Source: Candidatus Krumholzibacteriota bacterium (lineage in GTDB: Bacteria; Krumholzibacteriota; Krumholzibacteriia; Krumholzibacteriales; Krumholzibacteriaceae). From it: a stretch of DNA of 64,000 nt. The position numbers and the translations under genes are program-made. Below, piece after piece: positions 1 to 8,675 of the stretch (positions are counted from its first letter, which is position 1; every line of letters starts with the position of its first letter). The notes below the pieces were generated by a model that was not told where the DNA came from, made no database searches, and worked only from the letters and a program-made list of their open reading frames with translations. Location: positions 4,818-68,817 of the forward strand of contig JAUWCL010000009.1 of the NCBI GenBank assembly GCA_030609325.1. Reading direction: 5' to 3'.

Positions 1-1
1 T

Positions 2-799
2 ACCGGGGATTTCTTCGCGACATTCATCAACCGCGTGAAAATTCTCTTTCTCGACAACTACAACCTCTTCGACGGGGCGGCGGGAATAATCATCGGCACG
101 GCATTCTCCCTCGCCATCATCGCCGCGGCGCTGATCCCGCTTGTCTAGAAGCGGGGCTGGGGTACGGGCAGGGCAGAAGGGATTAGATACGCCCTGATCC
201 TGCTTGCCGTTTCCCTCGCATGCTACCTCTTCCTGCCGTCAGGCATCCCCGGCCAGGAGATTCTCGCCCAGAGGTTCTCCGTCTTCGTCCTGCTCTCTCT
301 CACTGTCGTCGCCGGCGTCGCCTGGAAGGACCGTGCGCCCGGCCTCGTTCCTGCTGCGGCCATTGCGGTCTGCGCCATCCACCTGTTTCTCTGGTGGAGC
401 AATTTCCACCTCTACAACCGTGAGAACGAGGGCTTCACTCCCGCCTTCTTCCCCGACCGCGGGAAGGGGAAGATCCTCTCGGGCATGATCTATGACTACA
501 GATGGCGCGGACGGCCTGCATACATCCATTACCCCGGATACTACATCACCTGGAAGAAGGGCATCGCCGCGACGAGCGTCGTCGGATACAGATTCGGCGC
601 GGTGAGGAGAAAGGCCCCGCTGGCCGTCCTTCCCCATTACCTCGAGTGGATAGGAAGGGCGGGCAGGTACGACGGCCGCTACTCTAACCTCGACTACCTG
701 CTCGTGCGCGGCAACGCGCCGGCCGGACGCAAAAGCGAGACCGAAGGATTCATACCGGTCCGTTCCGCGGGAAAATGGCTCATCCTCAAAAACGATTGA
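2..799 (+). pseudogene. integral membrane protein (5' partial); frame interrupted by an in-frame TAG at 146-148
   Basis: Frame 2 translates protein-like from the window start (..NRVKILFLDNYNLFDGAAGIIIGTAFSLAIIAAALIPLV*) and continues immediately after the TAG with TM-helix-like segments (IRYALILLAVSLACYLFL, FSVFVLLSLTVVAGVAW, AAAIAVCAIHLFLWW) and an aromatic C-terminal domain ending at 799. No ATG/GTG/TTG occurs in that frame between 149 and 485. Other frames here are S/R/P-rich junk. Confidence 0.4.
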
Positions 800-876
800 C
801 ATCAGGCGGCGTTTTACCCGAATCTCTCTGGCGAAAATTATGTTCCGATGCGTTATGAAAAAGGGGGGAGTGTTAC

Positions 877-2052
877 ATGAATCGCGTTCTCACCGCAGTT
901 CTCGCAGCCGCAGTTCTCACTTCAGCCACGCTGCCGCTGTCGGCCGGCGAACCGGCCCACGGATTCAAGTTCAGCGGCTTTGTCAAGACCGATGCCATGT
1001 GGGACAACGCCAGGATATACCCTGGCAACTACAGGCTATGGGTCACCGAATACGAGGAGAAGAACGACGCCTTCTACCTGACCGCCAGCGAGACGAGACT
1101 CGGCTTCGATTTCTGGTGGGATGAGGAGACTTACAAGACTGCCGCGAAGCTGGAGTTCGACTTCTACGGCGCCTCACCGGCGGAGAACAAGTCACAGCCG
1201 ATGCTCCGTCACGCATACGTCAAGCTGGTAGGCGGGAACTGGGCGCTTCTCTTCGGACAGACGTGGGACATCATCTCTCCCCTTAACCCGAAGACGGTCA
1301 ACTACTCGGTCAACTGGGCACAGGGCAACATTGGTTACCGCAGGCCGCAGATGCGCTTCACATACAAGATGAAGCCGGGCGAAAAGGCGACTCTGAAGCT
1401 CGATGCCGGTATCTCGAGGAACCTCGGGCACGATCTCGACGGTGACGGATTCAACGACGGAACCGACGCGGGCGTTCCCACCTTCCAGGGACGCCTGGGT
1501 CTCGGCACGCCGATGGGCAGCGAAGGCAAGTTCTCGATCGGCGTCTCGGGGCACTACGGCCAGGAGAAATACGACAACGGCGAGCACGGCACACCTTCCT
1601 GGTCGCTCAACGGCGATCTCGCTATCAAGATCAACAAGCGCGTCGCCCTGCTCGGCGAGTTCTTCATGGGCGAGAACCTCAACCAGTATCTCGGCGGCAT
1701 CCTGCAGGGAGTCAATCCCCTGGGTGATCCTCTTCCCTCCATCGGCGGCTGGGGACTCATCCAGGTCAGGGCGTCGACTAAAACTCTGTTCAACTTCGGT
1801 TACGGCTGGGACAACCCGGACGGAAACGAATGGAAGGTCGACTCGGCCGACAGCTTGACACACACGCTCAGGGACTTCAACTCCGAGGCGTACGGCAACG
1901 TGATGTACAGTCTCACGAAGAATGTCGCCCTGATGTTCGAGGTCGCGTGGATGGAAACGAAGTACAGTGACAAGAAGTACGGAGAACAAATCACGGTTGA
2001 GAGCTACGATGCGCTGAGGTTCCAGTTCGCGGTCAAGGCCAACATCAAGTAA
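877..2052 (+). CDS. outer-membrane beta-barrel protein (porin-like)
   Basis: N-terminal signal peptide (MNRVLTAVLAAAVLTSATLPLSAGE), alternating amphipathic beta-strand pattern rich in Y/F/W/G/N, C-terminal ..FQFAVKANIK barrel-like terminus; strong RBS AAAGGGGGGAG upstream. Confidence 0.55.
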   Translation: MNRVLTAVLAAAVLTSATLPLSAGEPAHGFKFSGFVKTDAMWDNARIYPGNYRLWVTEYEEKNDAFYLTASETRLGFDFWWDEETYKTAAKLEFDFYGASPAENKSQPMLRHAYVKLVGGNWALLFGQTWDIISPLNPKTVNYSVNWAQGNIGYRRPQMRFTYKMKPGEKATLKLDAGISRNLGHDLDGDGFNDGTDAGVPTFQGRLGLGTPMGSEGKFSIGVSGHYGQEKYDNGEHGTPSWSLNGDLAIKINKRVALLGEFFMGENLNQYLGGILQGVNPLGDPLPSIGGWGLIQVRASTKTLFNFGYGWDNPDGNEWKVDSADSLTHTLRDFNSEAYGNVMYSLTKNVALMFEVAWMETKYSDKKYGEQITVESYDALRFQFAVKANIK

Positions 2053-2080
2053 GCTCGGAGAAGGGCGGGCTTATCCTTTC

Positions 2081-2108
2081 GAAACCCAGGAGGAACTGCG
2101 GGTTTTTT
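2081..2108 (+). terminator. possible intrinsic terminator (weak hairpin followed by GGGTTTTTT)
   Basis: AAACCC..GGGTTT arms with T6 run just downstream of the porin stop, between convergent genes. Confidence 0.25.
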
Positions 2109-2200
2109 CAGGGCAAGCCCGTCCTGATTCATCCCGATAATGCTCACACATCCCTGACAGCAGCCAATCGCAATACTGTGAATTTGCACCTCAAGCAGCC

Positions 2201-3136
2201 TTACACTTCTATCAGGGTGTAGTTGTAGCCCGCCTCGAAGCCGGCGCCGCTGTCGAGATATCTCTTTATATGCTGGCCGCAGTTCGAGCCAATGTGGTTC
2301 TCCTCGAGCTCACCTATCGAGACGAGGACCTCATATCCCGCTTCACGCAGGGGCGCGGTGATGTTCTCCGGCTCGATTCCCTCGATTATCGACGACCTGA
2401 CACCGCTGCGGTCGGCCTCGCAGGTCGGATTGACAGGTGTCAGCTTGACGAGAAAATTGTCCGGGTCGAAATGGCGCGAGAGGACCTCCGCCTCCAGGGG
2501 CATCCCCTCGACGAGCGCGAAGTTCAGCGTGATCTTCCGGCCCCCATCGATGAAGAACCTCTCGCCGTAGCGGGCGATCTCCCCGAAATCCCACTTCTTC
2601 GGAGGCATGAGCCAGTCGCGTCTTTCGATGTCCGTAGTATGGATCGAGAACTGCAGCTGGAATCGTCCTTTATATATACCCCTGCCAATATCGAGCAGCT
2701 TCTCGAAGAACTCATCCCTGCCGGCCGGGGCTATGGTCGAGAGGGCGGGCATCAGGCCGGGGGCATCGTATCTCGAGGGCAGTATTTCGAGAACGTCGAG
2801 GACGGCATCGTTCAGGGCAGGCTCACCCATCCTCGCAAGCTGTACCTTGAACTTCGCCGCCGGCACGCGGCGGTCGGGGTAACGGCGATCGATCATGTAG
2901 TCGGTCTGAAAGAGGATCTCGTCCGCTGTCAGCTTCCCGCCGTATGAGCCGCCTGCGTCGCAGAAACGGCAGCCGCCGGGGCATCCGTATAGGGTCGAGA
3001 CAATCAGTACCCACTTCTCCTCGCGCGGCAGCGGCGACTCGACAGACTCGACGAACTCGACGTGCCGGCCTCCTTTCGCCTCGGCGATGTATACCCTCGC
3101 GACCTCGTCGCTACCCGTCCAGGCCTTTACCTTCAT
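2201..3136 (-). CDS. radical SAM domain protein
   Basis: CxxxCxxC motif (YGCPGGCRFCDAG) near N-terminus; last gene of a 7-gene overlapping operon; start overlaps upstream gene by 4 nt. Confidence 0.7.
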   Translation of the reverse strand: MKVKAWTGSDEVARVYIAEAKGGRHVEFVESVESPLPREEKWVLIVSTLYGCPGGCRFCDAGGSYGGKLTADEILFQTDYMIDRRYPDRRVPAAKFKVQLARMGEPALNDAVLDVLEILPSRYDAPGLMPALSTIAPAGRDEFFEKLLDIGRGIYKGRFQLQFSIHTTDIERRDWLMPPKKWDFGEIARYGERFFIDGGRKITLNFALVEGMPLEAEVLSRHFDPDNFLVKLTPVNPTCEADRSGVRSSIIEGIEPENITAPLREAGYEVLVSIGELEENHIGSNCGQHIKRYLDSGAGFEAGYNYTLIEV

Positions 3137-4005
3137 ACTATCTCCATGGCAGCGCGGACACCGTCACCGACGGCTATCGCCGTCTGCCTGTACATGCCGT
3201 TTATCACGTCCCCGGCGAACCGCAGTTTTCCCTCTTCTGCCAGATCGTCGACCCTCCCCGCCAGGCCGGACAACAGCGCGATCTCCCGGGGCACCCTGCC
3301 GATCGCAGATATGACATGATCGGCCGTCATCCTGTTGTGCGGTCCGCAGCCGCTGCCGCAGAGCGACAGGGCGAAGCGTCCTTCGTATTCTTTTGAGATC
3401 TTCTCGACCGAAGCGTTCTCCAACACCGTGATGCGCTCGCACCCCGCTACGCGCCTCATGAGCGCAGCGTTGCAGCGCGGTTTCTCTCCCCTCTGCATGA
3501 TCACGATGTCGTTCTTTTTCGACAGGGTCAGGGCGTAGTCGAACGCCGCGTCGCCCGCACCGACGATCGCCACCGATTTGCCGGCGATATTCCTTATCTC
3601 GATGACGCCGTAGTCGATCCCTCCCTCCGTCTCCTGACTGTCGTACTCGACGCCGTCGAGCGGGACGGGCCTCGTTCCCGTCGCGATGATCAGCCTCGAG
3701 AAATCGGCCTCCGTTTCGGCCTGCACCCTGAAGACGCCTGCGACGTAATCAACGGTAAGAACCTCTTCGGGGCAGACGAGCGCTTCGCTCGCCTCGAGGC
3801 CGGCGGCAAAGAGGGCCGCCAGCTCGGGGCCCTCGACCCCCTTCGGGAATCCGGGATAGTTCTCGACTGTCCCGGCGTTGTAGAGAAGACCGCCCGGCGT
3901 GTCCGCCTCGTAGACGAACGGATAAACCTCGTACCGCGCCAGTTGCAGGGCGGCCGATATGCCGGCCGGGCCGGCGCCGATTATGGCAGTATCGCTCTTT
4001 TTCAT
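3133..4005 (-). CDS. FAD/NAD(P)-binding oxidoreductase, thioredoxin-reductase-like fold (no CxxC redox pair)
   Basis: Two Rossmann dinucleotide motifs (AIIGAGPAG; VAIVGAGDAAFDYAL), ENYPGF motif; start chosen at MKKSD (ATG 4005) with GGAG RBS. The track ORF is N-terminally overextended and this start overlaps the upstream stop. Confidence 0.75.
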   Translation of the reverse strand: MKKSDTAIIGAGPAGISAALQLARYEVYPFVYEADTPGGLLYNAGTVENYPGFPKGVEGPELAALFAAGLEASEALVCPEEVLTVDYVAGVFRVQAETEADFSRLIIATGTRPVPLDGVEYDSQETEGGIDYGVIEIRNIAGKSVAIVGAGDAAFDYALTLSKKNDIVIMQRGEKPRCNAALMRRVAGCERITVLENASVEKISKEYEGRFALSLCGSGCGPHNRMTADHVISAIGRVPREIALLSGLAGRVDDLAEEGKLRFAGDVINGMYRQTAIAVGDGVRAAMEIV

Positions 4006-4670
4006 ATCCGTTTCGTCTCCATCGTCGCGATCAGACTCGAGCATGTGATAACTGCCGCCACGCCGTGCGAGAGGTTGAGCAGCGAAGCCGCGTGGTATTC
4101 CCTGTTGTACGTCGCCGTCCCGTCGGCCGGGACGAATACTGCGAATCCCCTGACGAACGCCGACCGCGCCGTCGTCTCGACGCAGAGGTGAGTCATCACT
4201 CCGGTCACGACGACCTGCTCCGTGCCGGCGGCGCGGAGGATATCTTCAAGCTCTGTCCTGTAGAACGCATCATACTGCGCCTTGTCTACAACAGCCGTCG
4301 AGAGCTCCTCGAGGGTGGGCTCAAGAGCCACATCGCTGCTCCCGGGCTCGAGGATATCGTTCCACCAGATCTTTATCATCCCGGCATTATCTGCCGTGTT
4401 CGAATGTCGCGTCGTGATGACCGGCCGGCCGGCGGCGCGGAAGCGCCCGGCGAGCCCGGCCAGCCCCTTGACGATAGCGTGTGCGTCGGGCACAACGGCA
4501 TGCGACTTCTTATCGAGGAAGAAGGACTGCATGTCGAGGATCAGCAGCGCCGCACGGGATATATCGAACGCAGGGCCGCGGACCGCCGCCTCAGGGATCA
4601 GCCTGCGGGCGTTCTCCTCTATATCGCCTGGAGTCAGATACCTTTCCTTCAACTCGCTAGAACGCTCCAT
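4002..4670 (-). CDS. isochorismatase-family (cysteine) hydrolase
   Basis: Isochorismatase/CSHase/PncA-like signature (ALLILDMQSFF; catalytic Cys region VTGVMTHLCVETTARSA); start and stop overlap neighbours, suggesting translational coupling. Confidence 0.75.
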   Translation of the reverse strand: MERSSELKERYLTPGDIEENARRLIPEAAVRGPAFDISRAALLILDMQSFFLDKKSHAVVPDAHAIVKGLAGLAGRFRAAGRPVITTRHSNTADNAGMIKIWWNDILEPGSSDVALEPTLEELSTAVVDKAQYDAFYRTELEDILRAAGTEQVVVTGVMTHLCVETTARSAFVRGFAVFVPADGTATYNREYHAASLLNLSHGVAAVITCSSLIATMETKRI

Positions 4671-4671
4671 A

Positions 4672-6123
4672 TCAGACGGGCAGCTTCTCGAGGCCGTACC
4701 GCTTCGCCTCGGCCTCCATCAGTCCGGTCATGTGAGTGACGACGGCCGGGTCGAGCGGTTCGGGCTCATGGCTCGAGAGAAGCTTCCCGACCCTCTCGCG
4801 CGCCCTCTCCGACGCGTCCTTCTTACCCTTGGACCGCCACTCTTCGAGCGTGCCTCTTTCGATGACCGGATCGGGGAAGTACGCCTCCTTGCGGAACCAC
4901 TTCATCGTGTGGGGCAGGGAAAGGAAATTCTTCTTCTCGAGACCCTGTTCGATGAGCGGCATCGCTATCGGATCGTCGCGCAGCTCTATACCTTCCGTCA
5001 GCCTCAGCGCCATTCCGCAGATCTCGTGGTCGAGGACGAGCTTCTCGAGGCTCTGGCACGATTCGAAGTCGAGCATGCCCGGGCCGGAGATGTTGTTCAC
5101 GCCCGAGACGGCGGCAATGATCGATCCCATCGCCGTCTCCATCCCAGCCTGGTAGTCGACCGGTTTCGAGTCGCTCAGCCCCATGTAAGCGTGGGTCGGT
5201 ACACCGAGATGCTTGCCTATCTCGGCGTAGGCGCCGTCTATCATCATCGTCTCCACCGCACCCATCGGGGTCGTCCCCTTTCTCATGTCGAAGCAGGCCG
5301 GCGAGCCGCCGTAAATGACCGGCGAGCCTGCGCGGGCCAGCTGATGTATCGTAATCCCGCTGAGGCTCTCCGCGCAGTGCTGCGTGACCGCCCCGGCAAG
5401 GGTGACGGGCGAGGTCGCGCCGGTCAGCGGCATCGAGACAAGCTCGGCGGGAAGGCCGGTGCGGGCGCAGTCGATCAGCGCCTGGCACGTCAGGTCGCTC
5501 CACATCAGCGGGGGCGAGGGGCAGCAGTCGAATATGGCGATCGGTTTCTCCATAAGCGTATCGGCGTCGCCGGAGACGGCGGCGAGCATCTCGTGCATCA
5601 CCCTGAACGCCTCGACCTTGAAGGTACCCGTAACGATCGGCTTGACCGAGTTCTGCAGACCGAGGAAAACCCTGTACCTGTCGGCTATTCCCTCCGGGAC
5701 GTCGCCGGGAATGAGCCCGGTGCTCTGAGCAGCGTAGTTCGGGAGGGCGTCGGTGAGACGCGCATACTTTATCACATCGGCTGTGACCGGTATCCTTGCA
5801 TCGTTTATCTCGGGGTCGAATATCCGCAGCGCCGCCGAGCCGGGATTGAAGTGGATCCTGTCCCCCCCGAGATCCATCGCGACCTCGCCGTTTCGGTCGT
5901 AGACGAGTATCCTCGGTGGTGCCGTCTCGAGCGCCTTCTCGACAACCTGCGAGGGTATCATCACCCGGCCGCCATCGACCCTGGCGCCCGCACCGGTCAG
6001 CAGCTCTATCGCCTCGTCGTTCTCGACAAATACACCGACCTTCTCGAGTATCTCCATCGCCTCGGCAACGATCTTCTTCCTGGTCTTTTTGTCGAACCAG
6101 GTAACGCGCGGGACCATGCCCAT
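4672..6123 (-). CDS. MttB-superfamily (trimethylamine methyltransferase-like, non-pyrrolysine) corrinoid methyltransferase
   Basis: 483-aa uninterrupted ORF with no internal amber codon, MttB-like length and composition (C-terminal KGKKDASERARERV tail is typical); GGAAGGAG RBS; embedded between corrinoid-pathway genes. Confidence 0.75.
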   Translation of the reverse strand: MGMVPRVTWFDKKTRKKIVAEAMEILEKVGVFVENDEAIELLTGAGARVDGGRVMIPSQVVEKALETAPPRILVYDRNGEVAMDLGGDRIHFNPGSAALRIFDPEINDARIPVTADVIKYARLTDALPNYAAQSTGLIPGDVPEGIADRYRVFLGLQNSVKPIVTGTFKVEAFRVMHEMLAAVSGDADTLMEKPIAIFDCCPSPPLMWSDLTCQALIDCARTGLPAELVSMPLTGATSPVTLAGAVTQHCAESLSGITIHQLARAGSPVIYGGSPACFDMRKGTTPMGAVETMMIDGAYAEIGKHLGVPTHAYMGLSDSKPVDYQAGMETAMGSIIAAVSGVNNISGPGMLDFESCQSLEKLVLDHEICGMALRLTEGIELRDDPIAMPLIEQGLEKKNFLSLPHTMKWFRKEAYFPDPVIERGTLEEWRSKGKKDASERARERVGKLLSSHEPEPLDPAVVTHMTGLMEAEAKRYGLEKLPV

Positions 6124-6153
6124 CTCGCATGCTCCTTCCGTTTCATCGCTTTT

Positions 6154-6813
6154 CTATTCTATAAGCCTGTACGGACAGGTCTCCATGTCACAGTTCCTGC
6201 AGGAGCTCTCGCTCCGGAGCCTTACCGGGTCTTCCGCTATGTGCACGGCGAACGATACCGATTTGCGCGGGACCATCATGCTGTTCGCCGTGAGCGTCAC
6301 GCCTATCCTGCCCGCCGGGACGAGTGTAAAGAGTGCTTTCTGCTCCTTCACGTCCCAGTCACCGTATCCGGGGCTGGCCCTGCACGAGGTCTTCAGCCCC
6401 TCCGCCGCCGCGACCTCGTCGATACGATCGTTCGCATAGCGGGCGACCGCCTCGGCCGCCGCCGAACCAATCGCGTCGAGCACTACGGCGGCGAGAATGT
6501 CCCCATCCCTCGACAGCACCGTCACCCTTTCCTCGAGGGCCGGCCCTATCGTGCAGACGCAGAAGGCGACTTTCTCGAGGTCGGTGAACATTTCCGAGCC
6601 GTGCAGGTCGGCCCCTGCCGCGGTCACGCATATCGCCTTCGGAACTATCAGGTCCTTCGATTCCTCGAGCGCAGCATCGAGTGCTTTGGAGACCTTCCCC
6701 ACCGCCGCGGCGGCGGGCGCCCCTATTCCCTCGCCGTTCTTCCTGCCGAGAAGCCTCGACAGCTCATCGCTGTCGGGCTCTATGTCGAATCCCTCGAGGA
6801 TCACTGGTTCCAT
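6154..6813 (-). CDS. MetH reactivation (activation) domain-like protein
   Basis: 219 aa; region ..RASPGYGDWDVKEQ.. and overall layout resemble the C-terminal AdoMet-binding activation domain of cobalamin-dependent methionine synthase. This rests on my recall of that family and needs an HMM check. Confidence 0.55.
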   Translation of the reverse strand: MEPVILEGFDIEPDSDELSRLLGRKNGEGIGAPAAAAVGKVSKALDAALEESKDLIVPKAICVTAAGADLHGSEMFTDLEKVAFCVCTIGPALEERVTVLSRDGDILAAVVLDAIGSAAAEAVARYANDRIDEVAAAEGLKTSCRASPGYGDWDVKEQKALFTLVPAGRIGVTLTANSMMVPRKSVSFAVHIAEDPVRLRSESSCRNCDMETCPYRLIE

Positions 6814-6822
6814 CTGACCTTC

Positions 6823-7719
6823 TCACATCCTGTCTAGGCGGGCCCTTGTGGCCCTTATGAAATCGGGCGTCGTGCCGCAGCATCCGCCGACGGCGTTCGC
6901 CCCCGCTTCGACCATCTTCATCAGATCGTCGGCAAACTCTTCCGGATCCTGCCTGTAAATCGCTTTTCCTCCGGCCATCTCGGGCTTGCCCGCGTTCGGC
7001 TGGAAGAGAAGGGGCGCGTCGGTCAGGGAGCGCATCTCACCGGCGAGGTCTATCATCTCGCCGCTTGTTAAACTGCAGTTCGCTCCGATTACGGCCGCTC
7101 CCTCGGCGACGAGGATCTCCGCCGCCTTTTCGGGCGAATCGCCCATTATAGTAAAATATCCCTTCTTCTTTCTCTCCATCGTCAGCTCGCAGACTATCGG
7201 CTTGTCGGAGACCTCGCGTACGGCGCGTATCGCCTCGACGGCCTCGCTGATATCATACATCGTCTCGATGAGAAAGAGATCGACGCCGCCCCGCTCGAGC
7301 GCCGCGGCCTGCTCCCTGAACGCATTCCTTGCCGCATCGACGGAAAGGGTTCCCATCGGCGGGAAAAACTCACCCGTCGGGCCTATGTCGCCGGCGAGAA
7401 ACCTGCTCCCGGCGATGAACTCGCCGAGCGCCTGTCTCGCTATTTCCGCCGCCCTGACGTTCAGCGCCGCCGTGTCGGGAGCCCCGTCCCGGCATGACGC
7501 GGCGAGCTTGATAGAGGTCGCGCCGAATGTGTTCGTCTGGATGACATCGGCGCCCGCCTCAAGATACTTCGTATGTATATCCAGAAGCACATCGGGGCGC
7601 TTGATGCTCCACTCTTCGGGCGCCTCGCCGTCGGTGAGTCCGACCGCTATGAGCATGCTGCCCATGCCGCCGTCGAATAGCAGAACCTTTTCGCGCAGCG
7701 CGTCGAGAAATCCGTTCAT
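6823..7719 (-). CDS. homocysteine S-methyltransferase domain protein (MetH Hcy-binding module / MmuM-like)
   Basis: Zn-binding signature GGCCGTTP plus Cys in ..GANCSL..; start set at MNGFLDAL (ATG 7719) with GGAGGGG RBS; track ORF start 7833 is an R/G-rich overextension. Confidence 0.8.
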   Translation of the reverse strand: MNGFLDALREKVLLFDGGMGSMLIAVGLTDGEAPEEWSIKRPDVLLDIHTKYLEAGADVIQTNTFGATSIKLAASCRDGAPDTAALNVRAAEIARQALGEFIAGSRFLAGDIGPTGEFFPPMGTLSVDAARNAFREQAAALERGGVDLFLIETMYDISEAVEAIRAVREVSDKPIVCELTMERKKKGYFTIMGDSPEKAAEILVAEGAAVIGANCSLTSGEMIDLAGEMRSLTDAPLLFQPNAGKPEMAGGKAIYRQDPEEFADDLMKMVEAGANAVGGCCGTTPDFIRATRARLDRM

Positions 7720-7751
7720 ATCCCCTCCAGGTCCTTTCCTGATCGCGGCCG

Positions 7752-8393
7752 TCAGCCGGTCTGCCCCTTCACCAGCGCCACCGCCGCGACCGCATCGCCG
7801 GCGTAACCGTCGGCCCCGATCTCCGAGGCCCACTCCTCGCTGCAGGGAGCCCCGCCGACCATCACCTTCACGTCGCCGCGAAGAGACTTCGCCTCGAGCC
7901 GCTCTATGACCCTCTTCTGCCCCGGCATCGTCGTAGTGAGCAGTGCCGATATGGCGATCCAGTCGGCGCCCTTCTCCGCAGCCGTTTCGACGAACTTAGC
8001 CACGGGGACGTCGGCTCCCAGGTCGGTGACCTCGAACCCGTTTGCGGCGAGCATCGTCGCCACGAGCGTTTTGCCTATGTCGTGGATGTCTCCCTCTATC
8101 GTCCCGATGACGACATGGCCGAGCCTGTCCTGTCCGCCCTCGACGCTCTCGAGGGCGGGCCGAAGGACGGCCATAGCCTTCTTCATCGCGTCGGCGCCGA
8201 TAACAAGCTCCGGCAGGAAGAGCTCTCCCTCTTCCCAGAGCCTGCCGACCTCGCGGATCCCCTCTACAAAGCCCCTGTCGATCACCTCGAGGACGGGCAT
8301 TCCCTTCTCGAGAGTCAGTTTCGCGAGCTCCTCGGACTTTTCGGCGTCGCCGTCGATGATCGCCTGCCTGCAGCTGCCCAGGTGTTCCTTCAT
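7752..8393 (-). CDS. cobalamin-binding corrinoid protein (B12-binding domain with N-terminal cap)
   Basis: DxHxxG..SxL..GG pattern: GDIHDIGK, ISALLTTTM, VMVGGA; first gene of the operon. Confidence 0.8.
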   Translation of the reverse strand: MKEHLGSCRQAIIDGDAEKSEELAKLTLEKGMPVLEVIDRGFVEGIREVGRLWEEGELFLPELVIGADAMKKAMAVLRPALESVEGGQDRLGHVVIGTIEGDIHDIGKTLVATMLAANGFEVTDLGADVPVAKFVETAAEKGADWIAISALLTTTMPGQKRVIERLEAKSLRGDVKVMVGGAPCSEEWASEIGADGYAGDAVAAVALVKGQTG

Positions 8394-8675
8394 CCGGAAT
8401 CCTCCGTCTGTGTTTTCTTCATATCCGGCGCACAGGGCGGTTTTTCATTATCCGCGTCAGATATGTGCAGGGAGTGTGGAGTATATCAGATTAGGCGCCG
8501 TGGCCATCAAAAAAAATGCCGGCGGCAAAAAGGGAAAGCTCGGGGCATATACTCACTCCGGGCTCCCTTGCAATGAAGCTGCAGGGTGTGCGGCCGGGCA
8601 CCCCGGTATCTCCTCAGATAACCTTACCCCCTAGAAGGCCGACCAGACTCTTCGGAGGCGGCGCCCGGCCAATAA

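Noticed and set aside
204-802. Track ORFs 204..488, 220..423 (+) and 239..802 (-)
   Set aside because: Ser/Arg/Pro-rich or antisense; the frame-2 membrane-protein reading is far more protein-like.
4282-6837. 851-aa plus-strand ORF
   Set aside because: Antisense to the MttB and activation-domain genes; R/G/P/A-rich low-complexity translation typical of stop-poor antisense frames in high-GC DNA.
8394-8675. SAM-I (S-box) riboswitch in the corrinoid operon leader
   Set aside because: Only loose resemblance (TTATC..GAG, GGCC, CCC.GCA); no P1-forming 3' complement (GAnAGATGAG-like) was found.
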